64,000 bases of DNA from a virus (lineage: Duplodnaviria; Caudoviricetes), in IMG/VR virus record IMGVR_UViG_3300017585_000267, positions 1 through 64,000 of that record. One strand, 5' to 3'. Positions 56,178 to 64,000 of this stretch are shown piece by piece (within the stretch, counting starts at the first letter, position 1; each line of letters opens with the position of its first letter). A model generated the notes under the pieces. It did no database searches, had not been told where the DNA came from, and saw only the letters and a list, made by a program, of their open reading frames with translations. The position numbers and the translations under genes were made by a program.

Positions 56178-56477
56178 CTATTCCTGTTTTACAAGGAATG
56201 ACGGAACACACCATGTTGCGATGTATAGTCTGTCATTCCTCCAGGTAACTGTATCCAACGCTACTCCGTAATCGTATGAACACAGTACCTGGAAGTCCTC
56301 AAGGCTAATGTAGCCTTGTACCCTTATGGAGCTTTCTCCATTTCTGTCAAGCCTCACTTGGGTGTCCACGTGCTCAATGGCATTGAGTACCTCCCGTTAC
56401 TTTATGCCTTTAACCATGTCGGTGAGCTCCGACAGCGTGAGGTCTCTATGATGCCTCACGTCCTTTATTTCTTTCAT
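56178..56477 (-). pseudogene. Hypothetical gene interrupted by an in-frame TAA
   Basis: MKEIKD...VKGIK*REVLNAIEHVDTQVRL... is one continuous frame, with the stop at 56397-56399. Confidence 0.5.
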
Positions 56478-56541
56478 TGTACTTCATTTGTTCGTTTTCA
56501 ACGAGTTCCTGATACTCATCGAACCGGTCTTCTTCAGTATT

Positions 56542-56826
56542 TTATTTAATAGAAGTTGATAACAGTTCATCATATTCGGGAATCACACAATACTCCGCGA
56601 TTACTCGCACTCTGTCACAGTCATCACCCTCGACGACTTCAATGAGCCTATTTTGCCCGTAGTAGAGCTTCACAAGGGCAAGGCTCCCCAACTGCTCGTA
56701 GAGAGCTACCAAGACCGCATCCACGGTCACCTCCTCGCCATAAGACATAGGCACGAGGACTTTCTCAATTTTCTTCATTTTTTTATTATTTATGAATTTG
56801 GGTGAACGTAAACCCCAGTCACCCAT
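56542..56826 (-). CDS. Hypothetical protein (likely start MKKIEK)
   Basis: YYGQNRLI motif; A-rich leader. Confidence 0.6.
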   Translation of the reverse strand: MGDWGLRSPKFINNKKMKKIEKVLVPMSYGEEVTVDAVLVALYEQLGSLALVKLYYGQNRLIEVVEGDDCDRVRVIAEYCVIPEYDELLSTSIK

Positions 56827-56870
56827 TCCAGGGATGTATATATTCTATAATAGGCCTGACTATATCATTC

Positions 56871-57254
56871 CTATGGCCACCCGCTTGTAAAGGGAGCCAG
56901 ATAAGCTTCTACATCCGGCCATACCTTCTTAAGCCCTATGCAGGCATCGAGGAGTAGGGACTCATTATCTATCTCCAAATCCTCCAGGTAATCCTCAATT
57001 CCCCTACGACAGTCCTTCAGAATGAGGTCACCATCAGTCTCATCTTCATAGAGTTCATACACCTCATCCAATTCATTAAAGACAGTAAGCCTGGATTTAC
57101 CATCAACAACCCAGAGCTGAGCCCAGTAGTAACACTTCGCATCCCATGGGCGCAGGTTCAGGATATCTTTCTTGTAGCACCACGGCTGGTTGAACATGAT
57201 AAGGTTTGCGTCGTTCAGGATGTTTCCTACTTCGTCAAGAATTTTGTTGTTCAT
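56871..57254 (-). CDS. Hypothetical protein, first gene of the minus-strand block
   Basis: 127-aa acidic ORF. Confidence 0.6.
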   Translation of the reverse strand: MNNKILDEVGNILNDANLIMFNQPWCYKKDILNLRPWDAKCYYWAQLWVVDGKSRLTVFNELDEVYELYEDETDGDLILKDCRRGIEDYLEDLEIDNESLLLDACIGLKKVWPDVEAYLAPFTSGWP

Positions 57255-57495
57255 AGCTTTTGCTGTTTTATTCGGCAGGCGTTAGTAATCCAATCGTGGC
57301 AACTGCCTGCCAGCGTTTCCATACTGTGTATGTAGCAGCAGGTAATCCCTGCTGCAAAGCATGGGGAGGGGTACTCCCCCAACCCATCAAACATGGGGGG
57401 ATACGTATATAATAATCACCCCTCTTTATCCCCACGTCCCGTTTTCAAAAATTTCAAAAAATTTTTTTATTTTTGCGGAGTTAAACTTTGTCGAT

Positions 57496-57807
57496 ATGGT
57501 AAGATTCTTTAAGAAAGTCTATGGCTGGATTACCGGCTTCACGGCTGATAAGTACATGCACTTCATCGCGGGCGCCGCCATAGTTGGCTTCCTGTCTGCG
57601 GTGGGCAGCCTGTTCCCCGTTGACTCCGGCATGTTCACCGTGCTCTGCCCGGGCTCCTTCTTTTGGGGCATCGTCGCTAGTTTCCTGAAGGAAATCTATG
57701 ACATTGAGGTCAGGAAGGGCAAGTTCGACGAGGTGAGTATGGCCTTCACTTGCGCAGGCGCCTTCCTACAGTGGATAGCGGTCATCGTCCTCATGAAGTT
57801 TTATTAA
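57496..57807 (+). CDS. Membrane protein (DKxxH...KExxD type)
   Basis: DKYMHF, three hydrophobic segments and KEIYD. Preceded by TATTTTTG at 57468. Confidence 0.7.
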   Translation: MVRFFKKVYGWITGFTADKYMHFIAGAAIVGFLSAVGSLFPVDSGMFTVLCPGSFFWGIVASFLKEIYDIEVRKGKFDEVSMAFTCAGAFLQWIAVIVLMKFY

Positions 57808-57856
57808 TGTCTTTCCCGTCCCTCGTCTTGGGAGATGGGATTCTTTTTCTCCTTGC

Positions 57857-58333
57857 ATGAAGAGGGTAAATAGGGATAGTAGGCTCAAGAGGAAGATGTC
57901 CTCGAAAAGGACTCCCTCGGGGAGGGAGTCCTCCCCTTCCTATATAAGGGAGCACAACGCCTTCATGAGGTCTAAGGCGAACGACTTTTTGCAGCGTATG
58001 GTATGCGAGCCGACCCAGGCCGAGGAGGTGTTCTCACGTCTCCTCAAGGCCTTGGGAGTCTACTTTATCCCCCAGTACCCCATATTCATAAGGAGGGACA
58101 CTGGGCTGATCGAGAGGTTCTACATAGCCGACTTCTACCTTCCCGGGAAGGACCTTGTGGTCGAGATTGACGGGGGCTACCACTCGAAGGACCTCCAGTG
58201 TAGGTACGACTCCTTCAGGACCGAGGACATACGGTCCCATTATCCCAATATGAGGGTGCTCAGGATTGACAACGCCAAGGTGCTTGACCCTGGGGGCCTC
58301 TATGAGTTCGCGAGGGATCTTCTCTCTATATGA
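57857..58333 (+). CDS. DUF559/Vsr-like endonuclease
   Basis: TxAE, Q, YIADFY, VVEIDGGYH, D..R and VLRI.N motifs. Confidence 0.85.
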   Translation: MKRVNRDSRLKRKMSSKRTPSGRESSPSYIREHNAFMRSKANDFLQRMVCEPTQAEEVFSRLLKALGVYFIPQYPIFIRRDTGLIERFYIADFYLPGKDLVVEIDGGYHSKDLQCRYDSFRTEDIRSHYPNMRVLRIDNAKVLDPGGLYEFARDLLSI

Positions 58334-58574
58334 GGAACGTGAGCAGCAGCTCCCTAAGGAACATCTCCTCCACCGCATCTACGAGCTTGCCCTTATGATC
58401 CCCTTTCCAGGGGCCGTCGGCCTGGCTGGCTATGACGACACTGTCTCCCTCATGCAGTTCCATGAGGTATCTCCTGGAGTCCTTTCCCAGGTCGGACCCC
58501 TTCACTGTCCTCCTCAGCGACAGCCTCTTTCCCGTAAGCTCCCCGAGGGTCTTCACTATGTCTTCCATTTTCAT
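58326..58574 (-). CDS. Small hypothetical protein
   Basis: MKMEDIVKTLGEL... is the 3' end of the long antisense ORF; divergent from the portal gene. Confidence 0.5.
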   Translation of the reverse strand: MKMEDIVKTLGELTGKRLSLRRTVKGSDLGKDSRRYLMELHEGDSVVIASQADGPWKGDHKGKLVDAVEEMFLRELLLTFLI

Positions 58575-58646
58575 GACGCTAATATAGGAAAAAATCGCAA
58601 AACTAAGGTTGTCTGTTAAGCAGTTGCAAAACTTTTCCGTCTTTCC

Positions 58647-58654
58647 TATCTTTG
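58647..58654 (+). promoter_or_regulatory. Bacteroidota-type -7 promoter element of the portal gene
   Basis: TATCTTTG with GTTG about 20 nt upstream. Confidence 0.6.
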
Positions 58655-58676
58655 CATGAAATAAGCGTATAAGGAT

Positions 58677-61088
58677 ATGGGATATGCAAACAAGGGCTTT
58701 CCTGCACAGCAGCTTCCCTTCAGGGAGAAGACCAAGAAGTGGAGGAAGGCCAACGTGGACTTCGCGGACTCGAGGAGCCTGCTGCACTACAACCTCACGA
58801 GGAAGTCCGTGTTCAACATGAAGATAAACTACGACCTCCTCAACGGCAAGCTGCACATGGAGGACCTGAAGCTGATGCTGAACCCCTACGGCACCGCCGC
58901 TTCCTACATACCCGACAACATACAGCACTATCCCGTGATGAACTCGAAGCTGCAAGTCCTCAGGGGCGAGGAGTCGAAGAGGGTGTTCGACTTCAGGGTG
59001 GTGGTGACCAACCCCAACGCCATCTCCGAGATTGAGGAGAACAAGAAGGAGGAGATGCTCGTGAGGCTCCGGCAGATGGTCGCGGACGACTCCGCTTCGG
59101 AGGATGAGTTCAACCGGAACCTCGAGAAGCTCGGGGACTACTTCACGTACGAATGGCAGGACATGAGGGAGGTGCGGGCGAACCAGCTCCTCAACCACTA
59201 CATCAGGGAGCTCGAGATCCCACAGCTGTTCAACGCCGGCTTCCTCGACGCCATGTGCGTCGGCGAGGAGGTCTACCAGTGCGACATAGTGGGGGGCGAG
59301 CCAGTGGTCGAGAGGCTCGACCCGATGAAGGTGAGGATACTGAGGTCGGGGTACTCGAACAGGATTGAGGACGCTGACATAATAATCATAGAGGACTACT
59401 GGTCGCCTGGACGGATAATAGACACATATTGGGACCAGCTCTCGAAGGAGGATCTCAGGAGCATCGAGGAGTCTCCCAATTTCCTTGGGGGTTCCTACAC
59501 CGACGACATGGGGAGCGTCGACCCGAGGTATGGCCTCGTGCACGGTGCCGTCCTTGGGGACACGGACGCGGAGCTCGACCCCCTGAGCCTCTTTGACGAT
59601 GACGTGGACTCCTCGCTTCTGCCATACGACCTTGAGGGGAACGTTCGCGTCCTGAAGGTCTACTGGAAGTCCCGCAGGAAGATAAAGAAGGTCAAGTCCT
59701 ACGACCCGGTGTCGGGGGAGGAGCAGTTCAACTTCTACCCCGAGACCTATGTGGCCGACGCAGACAAGGGCGAGGAGGAGGAGTCCTTCTGGATAAACGA
59801 GGCCTGGGAGGGCATCAAGATCGGCACCGACATCTACATCAGCATGAGGCCGAGGCCCGTACAGTACAACAGGCTCTCGAACCCCTCGCGCTGCCACTTC
59901 GGGATAGTGGGCTCCATCTACAACATAAACGGCGACAAGCCCTTCTCCCTCGTGGACATGATGAAGCCCTACGCCTACCTGTACGACGTGATACACGACA
60001 GGCTCAACAAGGTCCTCGCGAAGAACAAGGGGAAGATCCTGAGGCTGGACTTCGCGAAGGTTCCCAAGGGATGGGACGTCGACAAGTGGCTGTACTTCGT
60101 TGAGTCCAGCGGCATAGCCGTGGAGAACTCCTTCAAGGAGGGCGAGTATGGTGCGGCCACGGGCAAGATAGCCGGGGCCATGAACACGGCCTCCTCTGGG
60201 GTGATAGACGCGAGCCTGGGGACCGAGATAGTGCAGTACTGCAACCTCCTGGACTTCATAACCAACAAGATGGGCGACATGGCTGGCATCTCGAGGCAGA
60301 GGGAGGGGCAGATCTCGAACAGGGAGACGGTTGGCGGCGTCGAGAGGGCCACCTTGCAGAGCTCCCACATCACGGAATACCTGTTCTTCACCCATGAGTC
60401 CGTGAAGAAGAGGGTCCTCGAGTGCCTCCTCGAGACGGCCAAGATCGCCATGAAGGGCAAGGGCAAGCGCAAGTTCGAGTACATCACCACGGACGGGGCG
60501 GTGAAGCAGGCCGAGATTGAGGGGGACGAGTTCGCGGAGTGCGACTACGGCCTCGTGGTCGACAACGGCACCGCCACCCAGGAGCTCAACCAGAAGCTTG
60601 ACGTCCTCACGCAGGCCGCCGTCCAGAACCAGTATGACCTCTCGACCATCATCAAGCTGTACAACACCACCTCCGTCGCCGAGAGGGAGAGGATTCTCGA
60701 GAACGACGAGAAGAGGCGCAGGGAGGAGTCCCAGCAGCAGCAGCAGCAGCAGCTCCAGTTGCAGCAGCAGCAGCTACAGCAGCAGGCGCAGCTCGAGCAG
60801 GAGAGGCTTGACAGGGAGTACAAGATGCATCAGGAGAAGCTGGAGACCCAGGTGCTCGTGGCGAAGATCAACGCCCAGGCCGAGGCCGACAGGCTCGCGA
60901 TGATGAACATGGACAACCAGGTGACGTCTGACCAGCAGTACCAGCTCGAGAAAGACAAGCTGGCGCAGGACGTCAAGGAGTTCGACGCCAAGCTCAGGCA
61001 GGACGAGGCGTCCCTGGAGCTCAAGAAGAGGCAGCATGAGGACGACATGAGGATCAAGGAGAGGCAGCTGCGGCAGCAGGGCAAGTAG
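58677..61088 (+). CDS. crAss-like portal protein
   Basis: 803 aa; FPxQ start, NYDLLNG, IQHYP, L.GEE.KR, WINEAWEG.KIG and GIS.QR.G motifs; Q-rich coiled-coil tail. Confidence 0.88.
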   Translation: MGYANKGFPAQQLPFREKTKKWRKANVDFADSRSLLHYNLTRKSVFNMKINYDLLNGKLHMEDLKLMLNPYGTAASYIPDNIQHYPVMNSKLQVLRGEESKRVFDFRVVVTNPNAISEIEENKKEEMLVRLRQMVADDSASEDEFNRNLEKLGDYFTYEWQDMREVRANQLLNHYIRELEIPQLFNAGFLDAMCVGEEVYQCDIVGGEPVVERLDPMKVRILRSGYSNRIEDADIIIIEDYWSPGRIIDTYWDQLSKEDLRSIEESPNFLGGSYTDDMGSVDPRYGLVHGAVLGDTDAELDPLSLFDDDVDSSLLPYDLEGNVRVLKVYWKSRRKIKKVKSYDPVSGEEQFNFYPETYVADADKGEEEESFWINEAWEGIKIGTDIYISMRPRPVQYNRLSNPSRCHFGIVGSIYNINGDKPFSLVDMMKPYAYLYDVIHDRLNKVLAKNKGKILRLDFAKVPKGWDVDKWLYFVESSGIAVENSFKEGEYGAATGKIAGAMNTASSGVIDASLGTEIVQYCNLLDFITNKMGDMAGISRQREGQISNRETVGGVERATLQSSHITEYLFFTHESVKKRVLECLLETAKIAMKGKGKRKFEYITTDGAVKQAEIEGDEFAECDYGLVVDNGTATQELNQKLDVLTQAAVQNQYDLSTIIKLYNTTSVAERERILENDEKRRREESQQQQQQQLQLQQQQLQQQAQLEQERLDREYKMHQEKLETQVLVAKINAQAEADRLAMMNMDNQVTSDQQYQLEKDKLAQDVKEFDAKLRQDEASLELKKRQHEDDMRIKERQLRQQGK

Positions 61089-61106
61089 CCTTTTGGGATT
61101 ACGGTT

Positions 61107-61135
61107 AAGGGGGCTCATAGAGTCCCCTTTCTTTT
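61107..61135. terminator. Terminator between portal and the convergent gene
   Basis: AAGGGGGCTC-ATA-GAGTCCCCTT plus T-run. Confidence 0.65.
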
Positions 61136-61162
61136 GTCCCCACCGGTCCTTTCCAGCAGTCC

Positions 61163-61777
61163 CTAGTCGATTATCTTGACGTACCTGTTCATGGTGTCCC
61201 TTATGTAGGGGTTCCCTTCCTTCACGTCGACCCTTACGACCGTGCGCTTCCTTTGGAACCACCTTGCCATGAAGCACTTCCTCGGCTTCCCGATTGGTTC
61301 CTTTGAGTTGGACACCAATATGTACTTCTGGCTGGTGAACTCGGGCTCGGCGGCTATCACGTTAGGGTACTCAAGGTGCAGCCTCATCCTGTACCACTGG
61401 TCCCCATACAGTGTGTCAAGCTGGAAGTGCCTGTCCCTGAAGATGGTGTCCCTCACCGTGATGGTGTCCGTCCTCCTGGCTACCGACGCGAGATACTGTA
61501 GGGACTGGATCTCCTTGTCCTTTATCCCCAGCTCTTTCCGTATGGAATCCATCTTGTGCATGATGGAGTCCTTGAAGTACTCGAGCTGCCCCACCTTCAG
61601 GGACAGCGCCCTGTTCGAAAGCTCCATGCCGTTGTACTGGTCGTCCATGGCCTCGAGGTTCTCCACCGCCCTTCCGTACCTTTCCCCCAGCTTCTTTGAG
61701 TGGCCTATGGAAAGGCACAGTCCCATGGTGAGGAGGACTATCGCCGCCACGGCTCCTATTATCAGCTTCTTCTTCAT
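61163..61777 (-). CDS. Membrane-anchored coiled-coil protein (spanin-like lysis accessory)
   Basis: N-terminal TM, coiled coil and DTIxVRDT repeats; adjacent to holin and lysin. Confidence 0.6.
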   Translation of the reverse strand: MKKKLIIGAVAAIVLLTMGLCLSIGHSKKLGERYGRAVENLEAMDDQYNGMELSNRALSLKVGQLEYFKDSIMHKMDSIRKELGIKDKEIQSLQYLASVARRTDTITVRDTIFRDRHFQLDTLYGDQWYRMRLHLEYPNVIAAEPEFTSQKYILVSNSKEPIGKPRKCFMARWFQRKRTVVRVDVKEGNPYIRDTMNRYVKIID

Positions 61778-61921
61778 CTTGTCATGTTTTTCGCAAAGGT
61801 AGCGATTCCTGCGGGTCGTTGTCCTTAGGGATGCCTTTAGGTTTGTGCAGCCCTCGAGTTATCGGCCAAACACTTGGGGAGAATCAGTTATCTTTGCATG
61901 GAAATATAAAGTCTGGCAAGA

Positions 61922-62287
61922 ATGCTCACTGAAGTCGCCATAGCCCTTATAGGCATACTATCAAGCGTGATATCCAGCTTCGTCACGTTCCATGTGACCA
62001 AGCGGAAGTACAACGCCGAAGTGGATTCCAACCTTATCCAGAACATGCAGGACTCGTTGCAGTTCTACGATGAACTGACCAAATCAAACACGCAGAAGCT
62101 CAGGGAGATCGAGGAGGAGAACCGACTGCTCAGGCAGCAGGTGAGCGAGTTGCAGACACAGGTGGTGAAGCTCATGGGCAATATATGCTACGACGCCACT
62201 TGCAGGGCCAGGAAACTTCAGGAAGAGGTCGACAAAAAGGACAAGGGACATGAACCTTCTGTTGAAGCGCAGGGCAAGAAAGCCTAA
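61922..62287 (+). CDS. Putative holin (N-terminal TM plus coiled coil)
   Basis: Hydrophobic N-terminus; overlaps the lysin-like gene; promoter TATCTTTG at 61889. Confidence 0.55.
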   Translation: MLTEVAIALIGILSSVISSFVTFHVTKRKYNAEVDSNLIQNMQDSLQFYDELTKSNTQKLREIEEENRLLRQQVSELQTQVVKLMGNICYDATCRARKLQEEVDKKDKGHEPSVEAQGKKA

Positions 62288-62681
62288 GTACACCATAGGC
62301 AGCCTCTACATCGACGGCAGCTATTTCTGTGACACCCTTGAGGACGCGGACAGGGGGCTCAGGCACTCGATGTCCGATGCGGAGATAAAGTCCGTCAAGG
62401 TAGCCGGGGAGACCGCAATCCCGACGGGGAAGTACAAGGTGCTCTGGACCTACTCCCCAAGGTTCAAGAAGATGATGCCCCTCGTAAACGGGGTGCCTGG
62501 GTTCTCGGGAATAAGGATACACTCCGGGAATACCAATAGTGATACGGACGGGTGCATCCTGTTGGGGCAGAACAAGGTAGTGGGCAAGGTAGTGAACTCG
62601 GTGGCCACCATAGACAAGTTCTATCCCATCATAGAGAAGGCCTCGAAGAAGGGTGAGTCCATCTACCTGGAAATAAAGTGA
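62250..62681 (+). CDS. DUF5675-family putative endolysin
   Basis: TIG.L...CDTLED, TAIPxGxY, GIRIHxGN and TxGCILLG motifs. Confidence 0.8.
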   Translation: MNLLLKRRARKPKYTIGSLYIDGSYFCDTLEDADRGLRHSMSDAEIKSVKVAGETAIPTGKYKVLWTYSPRFKKMMPLVNGVPGFSGIRIHSGNTNSDTDGCILLGQNKVVGKVVNSVATIDKFYPIIEKASKKGESIYLEIK

Positions 62682-62753
62682 TTACGCTTGTGGCATTGCC
62701 ACGAGTTTTTCTCAATGTTTTGTGATGTGTCATAAGTAATGTTCAATTAGGGT

Positions 62754-62790
62754 ATAGGGAGGCGGCTGCGAAGTCCCCTCCCTATTTTTG
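62754..62790 (+). terminator. Intrinsic terminator
   Basis: ATAGGGAGG...CCTCCCTAT plus T-run. Confidence 0.65.
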
Positions 62791-63038
62791 TCTTTCGAAG
62801 CCCAAGGTTCTCCCTTTCCAACGACCTGACAAGAATTATTTGTTTATTTAAGAATTTTATATAACTTTGTGGCGTGCTTGTGAAAGTACGATTACAGGAT
62901 TAGCAGTACACCTTTTTAAGAAGGGAGGCTCGGGAAAATTTGTCGAAGATCGGATTGTCTTTACGAGTACTTGAATGATTTTGATTAGTCAGCATACCTT
63001 GGCCTCCCTGTTTTTTATGGACTTTAAGGATTTGAGAT

Positions 63039-63251
63039 ATGTCAACAAGGGACGAGCAGAAGTGGCAGGCCGAGAGTGACGCGAGGGTCATGGCCACCTA
63101 TCAGGAAATCCTGGGCGACAAGGCCAGGATGAACAGGGCCGTGAAGGAGGCCAAGCAGCAGGCGTCCGACCTCGCAAAGAGGGCGGTCGCCATGTCGAGG
63201 GCCGCCGGGGGTCCGTCAAAGACGTCCCGTACAACCTCGAAGAAGAAGTGA
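63039..63251 (+). CDS. Small basic hypothetical protein
   Basis: WQAESDAR motif; packed operon. Confidence 0.65.
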   Translation: MSTRDEQKWQAESDARVMATYQEILGDKARMNRAVKEAKQQASDLAKRAVAMSRAAGGPSKTSRTTSKKK

Positions 63252-63252
63252 C

Positions 63253-63399
63253 ATGGAGAAGGCGAGGACACTTACGGCGCTCATCTCCACGACGCTCAGC
63301 GGCCTTGTGAGGCTCGCGAATGAGAAGGGGATACAGAAGGAGGACATCGTGACCGTGATAAGCGGCCAGGAGCAGTATACCTTGCTATACTATGTTTAA
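63253..63399 (+). CDS. 48-aa hypothetical protein
   Basis: MEKARTLTALISTTLSGLVRLANEKGIQKEDIVTVISGQEQYTLLYYV*. Confidence 0.55.
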   Translation: MEKARTLTALISTTLSGLVRLANEKGIQKEDIVTVISGQEQYTLLYYV

Positions 63400-63414
63400 G
63401 GCACAGGGCTTCGC

Positions 63415-63627
63415 ATGGACGACAAGAAGACCATAGACTACAACGAGGAGCCAGTCCTGTACTGCGCCAGGTGCTACTCACTCAACATCAGGGACGTGGA
63501 TGGGGTTCCCGATTCAGACTACTGCAAGGATTGCAGCTGCACCGACATCAGGGAGACCTCCATATTCTCCTGGGAGAGGATGTACCAGATGAGGTACGGC
63601 CACAAGCTTGTGGAAAGAAGAAAATGA
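63415..63627 (+). CDS. Zn-ribbon protein
   Basis: YNEEPVxYCxxCxSL...YCxxC. Confidence 0.7.
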   Translation: MDDKKTIDYNEEPVLYCARCYSLNIRDVDGVPDSDYCKDCSCTDIRETSIFSWERMYQMRYGHKLVERRK

Positions 63628-63657
63628 CCAACATAACAACAACTTAATTCAAAAGCA

Positions 63658-64000
63658 ATGGAAGAGATGAATAAAAACAACGTTCAGGCCGAGCCTGATG
63701 CAAGCGGCAAGAAGCCCACGAAGCTCTACACCGAGGCCGAGGTCAACCAGGCATGCCAGCGGCTCTATCAGAGGCTCCTGGCCCAGATGCAGCGCATGGA
63801 CATGACGAACACCTTCAAGAGACTGGACTACCTGTTCCAGATACTCGACCACAAGGACATGTTCGAGCCCGAGTTCATCGCCGAGTGCGTGTCAGAGCTC
63901 ACCTCCGCCATGAAGGCCGAGGACGAACCCGAGGCTCCCAAGGAAGGCGAGACGGAGGCTTCTGAGGCTGGAGAGGCGGACAATGGAGAGACCCCGAAGT
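63658..64000 (+). CDS. Hypothetical protein (partial, runs off the window)
   Basis: Open frame from ATG 63658, containing FKRLDYLF. Confidence 0.65.
   Translation, partial: MEEMNKNNVQAEPDASGKKPTKLYTEAEVNQACQRLYQRLLAQMQRMDMTNTFKRLDYLFQILDHKDMFEPEFIAECVSELTSAMKAEDEPEAPKEGETEASEAGEADNGETPK

Noticed and set aside
58575-60395. 689-aa antisense ORF, and similar long shadow ORFs such as 14595-16619 and 24455-25618
   Set aside because: These are mirror frames of GC3-rich genes with V/L/H/P-biased composition and no motifs. Only the last ~80 codons of the 689-aa ORF, outside portal, look real.
60732-60785. CAG repeat tract
   Set aside because: Encodes the ordinary Gln-rich coiled-coil tail of the portal protein.
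1-64000. Stop-codon reassignment as seen in some crAss-like phages
   Set aside because: Long genes are intact in the standard code; TAG, TGA and TAA all end genes; no clear suppressor tRNA is present.

Overview
This window is a 64-kb segment of a relatively GC-rich crAss-like (Crassvirales-type) phage that uses the standard genetic code. A Bacteroidota host is inferred from recurring TAnnTTTG promoter elements. From left to right: (1) 1-6.3 kb (+), a tail-fibre/Ig-like (Big_2) adhesin locus with apparent deletion scars. (2) 6.3-19.5 kb (-), two giant virion-cargo proteins, the larger a virion RNA polymerase with the DFDID catalytic motif. (3) 19.6-49.4 kb (-), nucleotide-metabolism and replication genes (ThyX, PolA, dUTPase, NrdG, intein-containing NrdD, nucleases, UNG, primase, SSB, AAA ATPase, DnaB, SF2 helicase), tRNAs and an RNA ligase. 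(4) 49.5-52.6 kb, a non-coding block with two promoter-driven candidate ncRNAs, iteron-like repeats and a 14-copy palindrome array, next to a RepL-like gene. (5) 53-57.3 kb (-), small early-type genes. (6) 57.5-64 kb (mostly +), portal and lysis genes. The most notable system is a tightly linked, phage-encoded ubiquitin-like conjugation cassette at 33.3-38.4 kb: a Ubl precursor, an E2-like protein, a JAB/MPN peptidase, an E1/ThiF enzyme and an unknown gene, coupled to UNG. All assignments come from reading motifs by eye; no database searches were run.
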